From assembly GCF_004010195.1 (NCBI RefSeq), contig NC_057752.1:14379347-14415241 (forward strand): 35,895 bases of DNA, given 5' to 3'. The notes under the pieces were generated by a model, which was not told the DNA's origin, searched no databases, and saw nothing but the letters and a program-made list of their open reading frames with translations. Position numbers and translations under genes: made by a program. Positions 9,370 through 21,744 of this stretch are shown piece by piece. Every line of letters begins with the position of its first letter. The stretch's first letter is position 1. The stretch comes from Chiloscyllium plagiosum. Taxonomy: Eukaryota.

Positions 9370-9880
9370 TAGTTATTTATTCATTTTTGTGTTATGTGGA
9401 TGTCGCTGGCTGGCCCAGTATTTGTTGCCCCCTTGAGAAGGTGGGGGTGAGCTGCCATCTTGAACCGCTGCAGTCCATGTGCTGTGGGTTGGCCCACAAT
9501 GCCCTGAGGGAGGGAATTCCAGGATTCTGTCCCAGTGACACTGAAGGAACGGCGATATATTTCCAAGTCAGGATGGTGAGGGGCTTGGAGGGGAACTTGC
9601 AGGGGGTGGTGTTCCCATGTATCTGCTTCCCTTGTCCTTCTAGATGGAAGTGGCCGTGGGTTTGGAAGGTGCTGCCTGAGGATCTTTGGTGAATTCCTGC
9701 AGTGCATCTTGTAGATGGTGTACACTGCTGCTACTGAGTGTCGGTGGGGGGAGGGAGTGGATGTTTGTGGATGTGGGGCCAATCAAGCGGCTGCTTTGTC
9801 CTGGATGGTATTGAGCTGCTTGTGTTGTTGGAGTTGCCCCCATCCAGGGGCAAGTGGGGAGTATTCCCTCACCCTCCTGA
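9370..9880 (-). mobile_element. L2/CR1-group LINE (second family) 3' fragment
   Basis: Reverse-complement homologue of 27610-28030. Translates HRHSVAAVYTIYKMHCRNSPKILRQHLPNPRPLP. Confidence 0.85.
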
Positions 9881-9884
9881 CTAG

Positions 9885-10422
9885 TGTACTGTTATTGGTG
9901 CACAGACTTGGACTGTGTGCAATCCTGGTCTCCCTGCTGTCGGAAGGATGTTGTGAAACTTGAAAGGGTTCAGAAAAAATTTACAAGGATGTTGCCAGGG
10001 TTGGAGGGTTTGAGCTACAGGGAGAGGCTGAATAGGCTGGGGCTGTTTTCCCTGGAGCTGAGGCTGAGGGGGTGAACGTATAGAGATTTATGAAATCATG
10101 AGGGGAGTGGATAGCTTAAATAGACAAAGTCTTTTCCCTGGGGTGGGGGAGTCCAGAACTAGAGGGCATAGGTTTAGGGTGAGAGGGGAAAGATATAAAA
10201 GGCACCTAAGGGGCAACATTTTCACACAGAGGGTGGTACGTGTATGGAATGAGCTGCCAGAGGATGTGGTGGAGGCTGGTACAGTTACAACATTTAACAG
10301 GCATTTGGATGGGTATATGAATAGGAAGGGTTTGGAGGGATATGGTCCGGGTGCTGGCAAATGATTAGTTTAGGATATCTGGTCGGTATTGTCCGAAGGC
10401 TCTGTTCTGTGCTGTACATCTC
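9885..10422 (+). mobile_element. CR1 LINE 3' fragment
   Basis: LERVQKKFTRMLPGLEGLSYRERLNRLGLFSLE and RTRGHRFRVRGERYK...FTQRVVRVWNELP. Confidence 0.93.
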
Positions 10423-10924
10423 TAAGCTACCTTTAACGCAGTGCATTCCAGAACCATATAAAAAACATTCTCCACATCTCGGTCTTCTGTCAGCCTCTGT
10501 CCCTTTGGTTATTGACTGTTTTGCCGGTGGGAACACTTTCTCCTTACTCACCGAATCGAGACCCCTTTGTAAGTTTGAATACTACGGTCAAATGTCTGTA
10601 CTTCTTTTCTGAAGCACGCGGGTGATCTCCCCAAATGTGGGGCCACATTGCAATATGTTGCCAGGCCCCTCACACACAGTCGCCTGAAGGGTCTGCGCAG
10701 CTTGGACTGGACGTTACCTTTTGGCCGTCTCTGCACTCCCGGCTTCTCCAAACACACCACAAAACTGAAGTCTCTTGTCCCTGGTTTTTATTCAATCTCT
10801 GCACTCTCTCCAAGACCTTGACATCCTGCTTGAAATATGGTGCCCAGACTCGTCCTTAACCTCATGCTGCTGAGTGAACACGTCCTGCCTAATATTCAAC
10901 TCCATTGAATCAATAGGTATAAAT

Positions 10925-11510
10925 ATCAGAAGTAGGAACAAGGGAGTAGGCCATTCAGTCCTTCCAACCTGCCCCGCCACTCAGTAAGACTGTGGTTGAT
11001 CTGAGTTTAACCTCAACCCTACATTCCTGCATATCTTGTAATAATCTTTCATCCCCTTGGGAATCAAGAATCCATCTCCCTCTGCTGCAAAAATATTCAA
11101 AGATTCTGGGTCCACTGCCTATTCCAATTCCAACAATTCATAACCCTCAGAGAAATAAAAGGCTTCCTCATCTCCATCTTAAATTATTTTTAAACTCTGG
11201 CCCCTCGTTCGCGAGTCTCCCATAGCGAGGAAACGTCCACATCCACCTGGTTACATCCCCTCAGGATCTTATACAGTTCAAAACTCCAGAGGAGACAGGT
11301 CTTGCCTTTTCTCATAAGGCTTATTCCAGGGATTAGTCCATTAAACCTCTGAACTGCTCTCAACACATTAACATCCTCCTGTAAGTATGGTGACCAGTAC
11401 TGTATTTGGTACTGCTGATTTAATCTCACCACTGCCCTGTATAACCTCTCTACTCTAACATTCAGTTTCCCTCGCAATAAACCATCACATTGTATTAGCT
11501 TTCCTGATTA
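10925..11510 (-). mobile_element. Old CR1 LINE 3' fragment
   Basis: The - strand translates LYRAVVRLNQQYQIQYWSPYLQEDVNVLRAVQRF; the tail is at 10925-10990. Confidence 0.8.
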
Positions 11511-11514
11511 CTTC

Positions 11515-12165
11515 ATAGATTCATACACTGCAGAAAAGGTCCTTTGGCCAATCGAGTCTGCACTGATGTTATTACCACTAATGGCAGGCTAATCCCAATT
11601 TCCTGCACTTCTGCCATATCCTTGATATTTGGAGTGCTCATATGAATATATTTTATAAGTTGTAAGGTTTCCAGCCTCCACTACCTTCCCAAGGCAGTGC
11701 ATTCCAGATTCCCACCACCCTCTGAGTGAGAAAGATATTTCCCAAGTCCCCTCTGAATCTCCAGTGCCTCATCCTAAAACTATTCCCCCCTTGTGATTCA
11801 CTGCTTAACCAAGGGGAACAGCTGCTCTTCATTCACCCTGTCCAGGTCAGGTGAATTGGCCATGCTAAATTGTTCATACTGTTAGGTGCATTAGTCAGAG
11901 GGAAGTGGGTCTGGGTGGGTTACTCTTCGGAGGGTCAGTGTGGACTTGTTGGGCCGAAGGGCCTGTTTCCACACTGTAGGGAATCTAATCTAATCCCCCT
12001 CATAATCTTATACACCTCAATCATGATTCCCACCCCCACTCCACAATCTTCTTTACTAGAAAAAAAATCCAAGTCTACTCAGTCTCTCCTGATAGAGCTC
12101 AATCTCTCCATCCAAGGTGAACCGCCTCTATACCCTCTCTCTAGTACTATCACATCCATCACATA
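11515..12165 (-). mobile_element. Old CR1 LINE 3' fragment interrupted by a SINE
   Basis: gcagtgcattccagattcccaccaccctctg…caccctgtcc|ccctcataatcttatacacctc, the reverse complement of the CR1 3' region. Confidence 0.75.
11845..11995 (+). mobile_element. HE1/V-SINE 3' half
   Basis: aattggccatgctaaattg…gggcctgtttccacactgtagggaatctaatctaatc. Confidence 0.88.
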
Positions 12166-12940
12166 TTTGCTGTGCAACATCTGAATCAGATTTGAACAAA
12201 TTGGCAGGGAGGGTAGCAGGAGACGCATACAATACAAGCCACTGTCCTCAATAAATAACTGATCCCCCCCCACACCTCTCACCACCTCCTCCCTGTCCCG
12301 GCTCAGCACCAATCTCACCTTCCCTGCTGGGATATTAAGCTCTGGGAGAAAATGCCGAGTTCTCTATTGATTTTGAAAGGTGGCTGTCTTGTGCCAGTCT
12401 AATGGTTCAGTAGCAAGTTGGGCATCTGCCTAGGATGGCATGAGATAGCTGTGCAGGTGAGGATGAGAACCAACAGGATGCTGTGCAGAGTAGGGAATGT
12501 GAAAGTATATAATGCACAAATGTGTGCCTGCCCACCGGCCAGAATCAGACATTGCTGGTTGGCAGCACAGACTGCTGAAAATACTGTTAAATCATCAAAC
12601 CCCAAGAACATCCTGCCCCAACCTTCATTCCTGAAATCCTAACATCCTCACCTCCACTGCAGGTCAAAGTCCGGAATCCTAAAATTGACCTCGTGCTCCA
12701 TGCAATTGCAAATAAATGGAATTGAGTTTGAGATTGTCATTCAGTCTGCTTCATTCCTGGGGCCTGACAGAATTCATTGTGCCTATCCCACTGCCAATGA
12801 ACTGCTGACCTCTGTGCACATTAACGCAAGAGTCTACAGCAAAGATGATATTACATCGCACGTGTCAAATCTAATATTCCATCACTTGACCCATTTAATT
12901 TTATCACTGAGTCACCAGCATAAAGCGTGCACTTTAACGT

Positions 12941-13210
12941 GATTTAGATTACTTACAGTGTGGAAACAGGCTCTTCGGCCTAACAAGTCCACATCAACCC
13001 TCCGAAGAGCAACCCACCCAGACCCATTCCCCTACATCTAACACAGCGGGCAATTTAGCCTGGTCAATCCACTCTAACCTGCACATTTTTGGACTGTGGC
13101 GGGGAGAATGTGCAAACTCCACACAGACAGTTGCCTGAGGCAGGAATTGAACCTGGGTCTCTGGCGCTGGGAGGCAGCAGTGCTAACCACTGTGCCATCA
13201 TGCTGCCCAT
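12941..13210 (-). mobile_element. HE1/V-SINE (tRNA head, V-domain, CR1-like tail)
   Basis: On the - strand: A box (ggcacagtgg), B box (ggttcaattcc), core tgtgtggagtttgcacattctcccc, and an AATCT tail. Confidence 0.9.
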
Positions 13211-13394
13211 TTAAAATGGTAATACTTATGATTAGAATGACATTTTCACAGAACAACAAAGCAGCTACAATGAGGAAATTAGTAATGTATGAATTTCAGA
13301 GTTGCTGTCTGATTAATATTCTCATTTGTATGAAGCTGCCAGCGTAGATTCCCACTGTGTTCAGGTCTGGCTATGTGCTACATCTGTAATATTC

Positions 13395-13637
13395 ACTATC
13401 ACCAGGTTTGTGGATGACATTACAATACATGGGAAGGCAAGTGGTGAGGATGACACACATAGTTTGCAGAGGGAAATAGATGAGTTAAGTGAGTGGCAGA
13501 TGGAATATAATGTGGTGAAATGTAAAGTTACTTTGGCAGGAAGAATAAAAGAGCAGAATATTATTTAAATTGGGAAAAACTGCAGAAAGCTGCAGAACAG
13601 AGGGATGTGGGAGTCCATGTCCACGAATCACAAAAAG
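13395..13637 (+). mobile_element. Old CR1 RT fragment
   Basis: TITRFVDDITIHGKASGEDDTHSLQREIDELSEWQMEYNVVKC, a degenerate FADD region. Confidence 0.8.
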
Positions 13638-14057
13638 CGAGGAAGGTGGGTCCTGAGAAACGGAGCAACTGTCTTTGAGTTTGAGACTCCGACCAGAGCC
13701 TCACTTGGTTGTTCTCCAGGGTTCAGTGCCACATCAATCCAAAGTGATCCTGAGGAAGGGGAACTGATCCCAGCCGGGGCTGCGGAAGGAGAGGGATCAA
13801 TCGGTTGTGTCTCCTTTTCTCCCTCCACATTCCCACAATGCCAGCTCAGAGTGCTCTCCCCCCAGTTCCTTCCTTATCCACCTCCACGTAACCAGTGAAT
13901 CACCCACAATGGCTTCTCTTCCTGCTCCTGTTCCCTCAGATAATCCCCCAAGGATCGATCCTTGTTCCCCTCCTATTTCTCATCTCCGTGCTGCCCCTCA
14001 GTGATGCCATCTGAAGACACACTGACACTGACCCACCCCCAGCTCTACCGCACCATC

Positions 14058-14275
14058 GCCTCCCTCTCTCTCTTCCCCGCCCATCTCTCTCTCTCTCTCT
14101 CTCTCTCTCTGTCCGTCTCTGCCTATCTATCCCTCACTCTCTCTCCTTCTTTCTCTTGTACCCTGCTTGTCTCTCTCTCTCTCCCCGTGCCCCTCTCTTT
14201 CCCCTCTCTCTCTCTCTCTCTCTCCCCATCCCCCTCTCTCTCCCTCCCTATCCCCCTCTCTCTCCCTCTTTCTCT
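14058..14275. repeat. CT-rich microsatellite / polypyrimidine tract
   Basis: Long imperfect (CT)n. Confidence 0.95.
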
Positions 14276-14484
14276 GTGAGCCAGTCTGCCCACACCCTCG
14301 GGGTGTCACAGTTTGACCCTGAGATGTGTTTCAGACCGTCAAAAGCATGAAGACCCCTTCCAGCCATCAGCCCCACATCCCGTATCCCGGCTCATCTGCT
14401 GCTGCAGCTCCCAGTCCTACCCACAGTCCCTCGGGATTCAGCTATTCCCACACATCCCAGGCGGCTCTCCCACTTTGGACCCAC

Positions 14485-15390
14485 CAGGAACTGCAGAGCA
14501 TTCTGAAACCATGGAGCACAGGAATTTGGCAATCCTCGTGCTGGAATCACTAAGTGTCAGCATCCGAGTCCAGCGGGGAATAGGGAAGGCCAAGGGAATG
14601 TTGGTCTTTATTTCCAATGGAATGGAGTATAAAAGTCGGGAGGTTTCTGCTTAAAAAAATACAAGGCACTATTCAGACCACAGCGGGAATACTGTGAACA
14701 GGTTTGGGTCCCTTTATCTGAGGAAAGACAGACTGACATTGGAGGCAGCCCAGAGAAGGTCCACTCGGCTGATCCCGGGTATGGAGGGACTGTCCCATGA
14801 GGAGAGGTTGAGGAGGTTGGGCCTGGACTCATTGGGGTTTAGAAGAATGAGAGGTGACCTTATTGAAACATCCAAGATTCCCTGGGGGACTTGACAGGGG
14901 GGATGTGGAGAGGTTGTTTCCCCTTGTGGCAGAGAGTCTAGGACCAGAGGGTACAATCTCAGAATAAGGGGTCACCCGCTAAAGACAGTGATGAGGAGGA
15001 ATTTCCTCTCTGAGGGGAGTGAGTCTGTGGAATTCTTTCCCACCGAGGGCTGTCAGGGCTGGGTCAGTGAGTATATTCAAGGCTGAGACAGAGAGATGTT
15101 TAATCAGGAAGGGGAATGGAGGGGTGATGGGGAGTGATGAGGAGGAATTTCCTCTCTCAGAGGGGAGTGAGTCTGTGGAATTCTTTCCCACCGAGGGCTG
15201 TCGGGGCTGGGTCGGTGAGTATATTCAAGGCTGAGACAGAGAGATGTTTAATCAGGAAGGGGAATGGAGGGGTGATGGGGAAAAGGCAGGAAAGTGGAGT
15301 TGGGGATGAACAGACCAGCCATGACATCATTGAATGGGAGAGTACACCCGATGGGCTGAATGGCCTCCTGCTGCTTCTCTGTCTTATGGT
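14485..15390 (+). mobile_element. CR1 LINE 3' fragment with an internal ~146-bp tandem duplication
   Basis: YLRKDRLTLEAAQRRSTRLIPGMEGLSHEERLRRLGLDSL. Segment 14987-15132 is repeated at 15133-15281. Confidence 0.88.
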
Positions 15391-16106
15391 AATATCACAC
15401 CAGTAAATTTACATGGGTTGATTGTGTGAAAGGAAGACCTGCATTGATGTATCACCTTTCACAGCCTTAGGCTGTCCCAGTGCGCATTATAGCCGATCGA
15501 CTATTTTGGAGTGTGGTCTCAGTTGGACTGTAGGAATCACGGCAGTCAATTGGTGCACAGCAAGATCTCACAAACAACACCATGAAAATGAACAATTCGT
15601 CTGTTTCCTTATAAGCGTGTTGATAAAGAGGGTGAAATTATTCAGGATAACTATGAATAACTTTCATGTTCTTCTTCAAGACAATGCCCAGGGATCTTTT
15701 ACACCTGCCTGATGGAGCAGAATCATAGAATCCCTACAGGGTGGAAGCAGGCCATTCAACCCATCGAGTCCACACCGGCCCTCCTAAGAGCATCCTCGAG
15801 CAGCGAGGAGAGAAGGAGTGCTGAAGCAAGGGCTGCCAGGAAGGGTGAGTTTTCCCGCATTAAAAGGGACTTCCCTTGGGAGTCGGGCCTCCATTTGCCG
15901 AGAGGTGTGAGGGAGGAGCGAAGGACTTCTGGGAAGTCATATATTTGTGTGGTTGCGTTACCCGAAACACTACTCGGGTAGTGTCTCCCACCCATCCTCC
16001 TCCTCGAACCAAAAAAAAAGGACCTGTGCGCCAGATTGGTGAGGTAACGAGTTTTATTTATTCCTTATTTTTTCAACAGTATCTTTGGGAATTTAGAATA
16101 GTGGGA

Positions 16107-16447
16107 ATGGAGGTTAGGGCAGTTGAATGTTCCTCCTGCAGAATGTGGGAGGTAAGGGTCACCACTAGTGTCCCTGCTGACTACATCTGCGGGAAGTGCA
16201 CCCAACCCCAGCTCCTCGGAAACCACGTTCGTGAACTGGAGCTGGAGTTGGATGAACTTCGGATCATTCGGGAGGCAGAGGGGGTTATTGAGGGGAGTTA
16301 CAGGGAAGTAGTCACATCTCAGGTACAAGTAAAAGGCAAATGGGTTACAGTCAGGGGATGGAAAGGGAACCAGCAGGCAGTGCAGGGATCCCCTGTGGTA
16401 ATCCACCTCAACAATAAGTATACTGTTTTGGATACTGTTGGGGGGGG
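16107..16447 (+). pseudogene. CR1 ORF1 N-terminus (zinc finger/leucine zipper), remainder in the gap
   Basis: MEVRAVECSSCRMW...YICGKC...VRELELELDELRII: CxxC-x16-CxxC followed by a coiled coil. Confidence 0.85.
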
Positions 16448-16924
16448 NNNNNNNNNNNNNNNNNNNNNNNNNNNNNNNNNNNNNNNNNNNNNNNNNNNNN
16501 NNNNNNNNNNNNNNNNNNNNNNNNNNNNNNNNNNNNNNNNNNNNNNNNNNNNNNNNNNNNNNNNNNNNNNNNNNNNNNNNNNNNNNNNNNNNNNNNNNNN
16601 NNNNNNNNNNNNNNNNNNNNNNNNNNNNNNNNNNNNNNNNNNNNNNNNNNNNNNNNNNNNNNNNNNNNNNNNNNNNNNNNNNNNNNNNNNNNNNNNNNNN
16701 NNNNNNNNNNNNNNNNNNNNNNNNNNNNNNNNNNNNNNNNNNNNNNNNNNNNNNNNNNNNNNNNNNNNNNNNNNNNNNNNNNNNNNNNNNNNNNNNNNNN
16801 NNNNNNNNNNNNNNNNNNNNNNNNNNNNNNNNNNNNNNNNNNNNNNNNNNNNNNNNNNNNNNNNNNNNNNNNNNNNNNNNNNNNNNNNNNNNNNNNNNNN
16901 NNNNNNNNNNNNNAAGAAGTTGGT

Positions 16925-19650
16925 TTGAAGTGTGTCTACTTCAATGCCAGGAGTATCCTGAATAAGGTGGGTGAACTTGCAGCATGGGTTGGTACCTGGG
17001 ACTTCGATGTTGTGGCCATTTCGGAGACATGGATAGAGCAGGGACAGGAACAGTTGTTGCAGGTTCCAGGATTTAGATGTTTCAGTAAGAACAGAGAAGA
17101 TGGTAAAAGAAGGGGAACTTGTGGCACTGTTGGTCAAGGACAGTATTACGGTGACAGAAAGGATGTTTGGGGACTCGTCAACTGAGGTAGTATGGGCTGA
17201 AGTTAGAAACAGGAAAGGAGAGGTCACCCTGTTGGGAGTTTTCTATAGGCCGCCGAATAGACCCTGAGATGTAGAGGAAAGGATAACAAAGATGAATCTG
17301 GATAGGAGTGAGAGAGACAGGGTAGTTGTCATGGGGGACTTCAACTTTCCAAATATTGACTGGGAACTCTATAGTACGAGTACTGTAGATGGGTCAGTTT
17401 TTGTCCAGTGTGTGCAGGAGGGCTTCCTGACACAGTATGTAGACAGGCCAACAAGGAGCGAGGCCACATTAGATTTGGTACTGGGTAATGAGCCCAGCCA
17501 GGTGTTAGACTTGGAAGTAGGTGAGCACTTTGGTGATAGCGATCACAATTTTGTTATGTTTACTTTAGTGATAGAAAAGGATATGTGTATACCACTGGGC
17601 AAGAGTTACAGCTGGGGGAAAAGGCAATTACGATGCAATTAGGCAAGATTTAGGAAGCATAGGATGGAGGAGGAAACTGCAGGGGATAGGCACATTAGGA
17701 ATGTGGAGCTTATTCAAGGAAAAGCTCCTGAGTGTCCTCGACAAGTATGTACCTGTCAGGCAGGGAGGAAGCAGTAGAGCGCGGGAGCCGTGGTTTACGA
17801 AGGAAGTGGAATCTCTGGTCAAGAGGAAAAAGAAGGCTTATGTTAGGATGAGATGTGAAGGCTCAGTTAGGGCACTTGAGTATTACAAGGTAGCCAGGAA
17901 AGGCCTAAAGAGAGAGCTCAGAAGAGCCAGGAGGAGACATGAGAAGTTGTTGGTGGATAGGATCAGGGTAAACCCTAAGGCTTTCTATAGGTATTTAAGG
18001 AATAAAAGAATGACGAGAGTAAGATTAGGGCCAATCAAGGATAGTAGTGGGAAGTTGTGTGTGGAGTCAGAGGAGATAGGGGAAGCATTAAATAAATATT
18101 TTTCAACAGTATTCACTCTAGAAAACGACAATGTTGTCGAGGAGAATACTGAGATACAGGTTACTAGACGAGGTGGGATTGAGGTTCACAAGGAAGAGGT
18201 ATTAGAAATCCTGCAGAGTGTGAAAATAGATAAGTCCCCTGGGCTGGATGGGATTTATCCTAGGATCATCTGGCAAGCCAGGGAGGCGATTGCCGAGCCT
18301 TTGGCATTGATCTTTAAATCGTCATTGTCCACAGGAATAGTGCCAGAAGACTGCAGGATAGTAAATGTGGTTCTCCTGTTCAAGAAGGGGAGTAGAGACA
18401 ATCCTGGTAATTATAGACCAGTGAGCCTTACTTCAGTTGTTGGTAAAGTGTTGGAAAAGGTTATAAGAGATAAGATATCATCTGGAAAAGAATGGTTTTG
18501 TGAAGGGTAGGTTGTGCCTCACAAACCTCATTGAGTTCTTTGAGAAGGTGACCAAACAGGTAGATGAGAGTAAACCGGTTGATGTGGTGTATATGGATTT
18601 CAGTAAGGCGTTCGATAAGGTTCCTCACAGTAGGCTATTGTATGAAATGTGGAGGAATGGGATTGTGGGAGATATAGCAGTTTGGATCAGTAATTGGCTT
18701 GCTGAAAGAAGACAGAGGGTGGTGGTTGATGGGAAATGTTCATCCTGGAGTCCAGTTACCCAGTTGTGTACCGCAAGGATCGCTGTTCATCATTTTTATA
18801 AATGACCTGGATGAGGGCGTAGAAGGTTGGGTTAGTAAATTTGCAGACGACACTAAGGTCGGTGCAGTTGTGGATAGTGACGAAGGATGTTGTAGGTTAC
18901 AGAGAGACATAGATAAGCTGCAGAGCTGGGCTGAGAGGTGGCAAATGGAGTTTAATGTGGACAAGTGTGAGGTGATTCACTTTGGTCAGAGTAACCGGAA
19001 TGCAAAGTACTGGGCTAATGGTAGGATTCTTGGTAGTGTAGATGAGCAGAGAGATCTCGGTGTTCAGTGCACAGATCCTTGAAAGTTGCCACCCAGGTTG
19101 ACAGGGTTGTTAAGAAGGCATACAGTGTTTTAGCTTTTATTAATAAAGGGATCGAGTTCCGGAGCCATGAGGTTATGCTACAGCTGTACAAAACTCTGGT
19201 GCGGCCGCACTTGCAGTATTGCATACAGTTCTGGTCACCACATTTTCAGAAGGATGTGGAAGCTTTGGAAAGGGTGCAGAGGAGATTTACTCTGATGTTG
19301 CCTGGTATGGAGGGAAACTCTTACGAGGAAAGGCTGAGGGACTTGAAGCTGTTTTCGTTAGAGAGAAGAAGGTTGAGAGGTGACTTAATAGAGACATACA
19401 AGATAATCAGAGGGTTAGATAGGGTGGGCAGGGAGAGCCTTTTTCCAAGAATGGTGACGGCGAGCACGAGGGGGCATAGCTTTAAATTGAGGGGTGATAG
19501 ATATAGGACAGATGTCAGAGGTAGGTTCTTTACTCAGAGTAGTAGTAAGGGTATGGAATGCTTTGCCTGCAACGGTAGTAGACTCGCCAACTTTAAGTAC
19601 ATTTAAGTCGTCATTGGACCAGCATATGGATGTACATGGAATAGTGTAGA
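16925..19650 (+). pseudogene. CR1 ORF2 (AP endonuclease + reverse transcriptase), multiple frameshifts
   Basis: APE motifs YFNARS, ISETW, MGDFN and SDHN. RT motifs KSPGLDG, NYRPVSLTS, DFSKAFD, VPQGS and FADD. The motifs are spread over at least six ORF pieces. Confidence 0.96.
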
Positions 19651-20555
19651 TTACATGGGCTTCAGATTGGTATGACAGGTTGGCGCAACATCGAGGGCTG
19701 AAGGGCCTGTACTGTGCTGTAATGTTCTATGTTCTACCCAGACCCACCCCCCCTACCACCCTATCCCTATAACTCCACACTTCCCATGGCTAACCCACGT
19801 AAGGCTGCACATCGCTGGACGCTAGGGGTAATTTAGCATGGTCGATCCACCCTAATATGCGCATCTTTGGACTGTGGGAGGAAACCCAAGCAGACATGGG
19901 GAGAATGTGCAAACTCCACACAGCCCAAGGCTGGAATCGAACCTGGGTCCCCGGTGCTGTGAGGTAGCAGTGTTAACCCCTGGGCCACCATGCCGTTAAA
20001 GGAGCCTCCACTCAACTTGACGTCCAAAAGACAACAGTCCAGACCATGGAGCGCTCCCTCAGAACCTGACTGGATTGTCGGCCTGGAATTTTGTCCTTCA
20101 TATTCCTGGATTCGGACTTGAACCCATGAGCTTCCGACTCAACATTTCGGTGGAACTGGGTTCGAATTTTCACCTGCTGAACTAGAACTCTGGGAACTTC
20201 CGAAAGTTTATAGCTTCACCTTTAAAGATAGTTTATTTTCTTCACTTGCCGCTGTTGTGCACCATCACTGGTACATTGAATAATCAGAATAAAAAAAAAC
20301 AAGTACTGGAATCAAATGCTGGAAATCATGCCTTTCTATTCCCTGAATTATCACAAGAATTAATGGATTTTAAAAGTACAGAAAGCCCCAGTTTCCCAGT
20401 CTTTAGACTCGCCTTCGTAGACAGACCAGGTTCTTGTACTTAAAATGAACGAATATTCATGAGAAGTGAATAGACTCCAACTACAGGTAAAGGATTATGA
20501 ACCATCAATGTATAATTCCACTAGTTAAAACCCTATTATGAGTTCCCCCTTTACC

Positions 20556-20685
20556 TACACTCACACACACACTTGCACACACATAAGCACACACATGCAC
20601 ACATACACATTCTCTTCTCTCTCTCTCTCTCTCACACACACACACCACATCACACACACATACAGAGTCTCTCTCTCTCACACAC
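20556..20685. repeat. Compound (CA)n/(CT)n microsatellite
   Basis: Seen directly in the sequence. Confidence 0.9.
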
Positions 20686-21744
20686 CCAAAAAGATGTTAT
20701 GGATATGGACAGAGGGAAAACTGGGAAAGCATAGAAACATGGAAAATAGAAGCAGGTGTAGGCATTTCCAGAATGCAGGATACAGCGTTACAGCTACAGA
20801 GAAGGGGCAGAGAAAGATCAACTCTCATACAGGAGAGGGCCGTTCCTAAGTCTGATAACAGCAGGGAAGAAGCTGCTCCTGAATCTGTTGGTACGTGTTT
20901 TCAAACCTTTGTCCCTTCTGCCTGATTGAAGAGGGTATAACCAGGGTGGGAGGGGGTCTTTGATGATGATGGCTAAGGCAATGGAAGGAAGGCTGGTTTC
21001 TGTGATGGACTGGGCTGTGCTAAAGCAAAGGTATAATGGGAGTTAGGCCACAGATCTGCCATGATCTCATTGGCCAACAGAGCAGGCTCCTGCTGGTCTT
21101 ATGCTCCTATATCTGTACATCAAGATCTGTTTCCTGAAACGCATCGAGACACTATTCACATCCGCAGTGCTATGACATTATGCTCTCTCTCTCTCACACA
21201 CACACACCACATCACACACACATACAGAGTCTCTCTCTCTCACACACCCAAAAAGATGTTATGGATATGGACAGAGGGAAAACTGGGAAAGCATAGAAAC
21301 ATGGAAAATAGAAGCAGGTGTAGGCATTTCCAGAATGCAGGATACAGCGTTACAGCTACAGAGAAGGGGCAGAGAAAGATCAACTCTCATACAGGAGAGG
21401 GCCGTTCCTAAGTCTGATAACAGCAGGGAAGAAGCTGCTCCTGAATCTGTTGGTACGTGTTTTCAAACCTTTGTCCCTTCTGCCTGATTGAAGAGGGTAT
21501 AACCAGGGTGGGAGGGGGTCTTTGATGATGATGGCTAAGGCAATGGAAGGAAGGCTGGTTTCTGTGATGGACTGGGCTGTGCTAAAGCAAAGGTATAATG
21601 GGAGTTAGGCCACAGATCTGCCATGATCTCATTGGCCAACAGAGCAGGCTCCTGCTGGTCTTATGCTCCTATATCTGTACATCAAGATCTGTTTCCTGAA
21701 ACGCATCGAGACACTATTCACATCCGCAGTGCTATGACATTATG
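20621..21744. repeat. 562-bp head-to-tail tandem duplication
   Basis: 20621-21182 repeats at 21183-21744 with no mismatch found by eye. The unit contains degenerate LINE tail fragments. Confidence 0.95.

Larger units (their letters stand above)
15796..19736 (+). mobile_element. Near-full-length CR1-clade LINE (HER1-like), inactivated
   Basis: Contains a 5'UTR, ORF1, ORF2 (APE + RT) and a 3'UTR ending in a (GTTCTAT)n tail. Confidence 0.95.
15719..19995 (-). mobile_element. HE1/V-SINE split by the CR1 LINE (15719-15795 and 19737-19995)
   Basis: The halves rejoin as ccctcctaagagcatcc|acccagaccc, matching intact copies (ccctccgaagagcaacccacccagaccc at 12998). Confidence 0.85.
15430..20140 (-). 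mobile_element. DeuSINE (SacSINE1/AmnSINE1-like), split into 15430-15718 and 19997-20140 by nested insertions
   Basis: gcacagcaagatctcacaaacaac…gggatctttt acacctgcctga matches the recalled Deu-domain consensus. The continuation has gctccctcag…tgtcggcctgga and the B box ggacttgaaccc. Confidence 0.65.
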
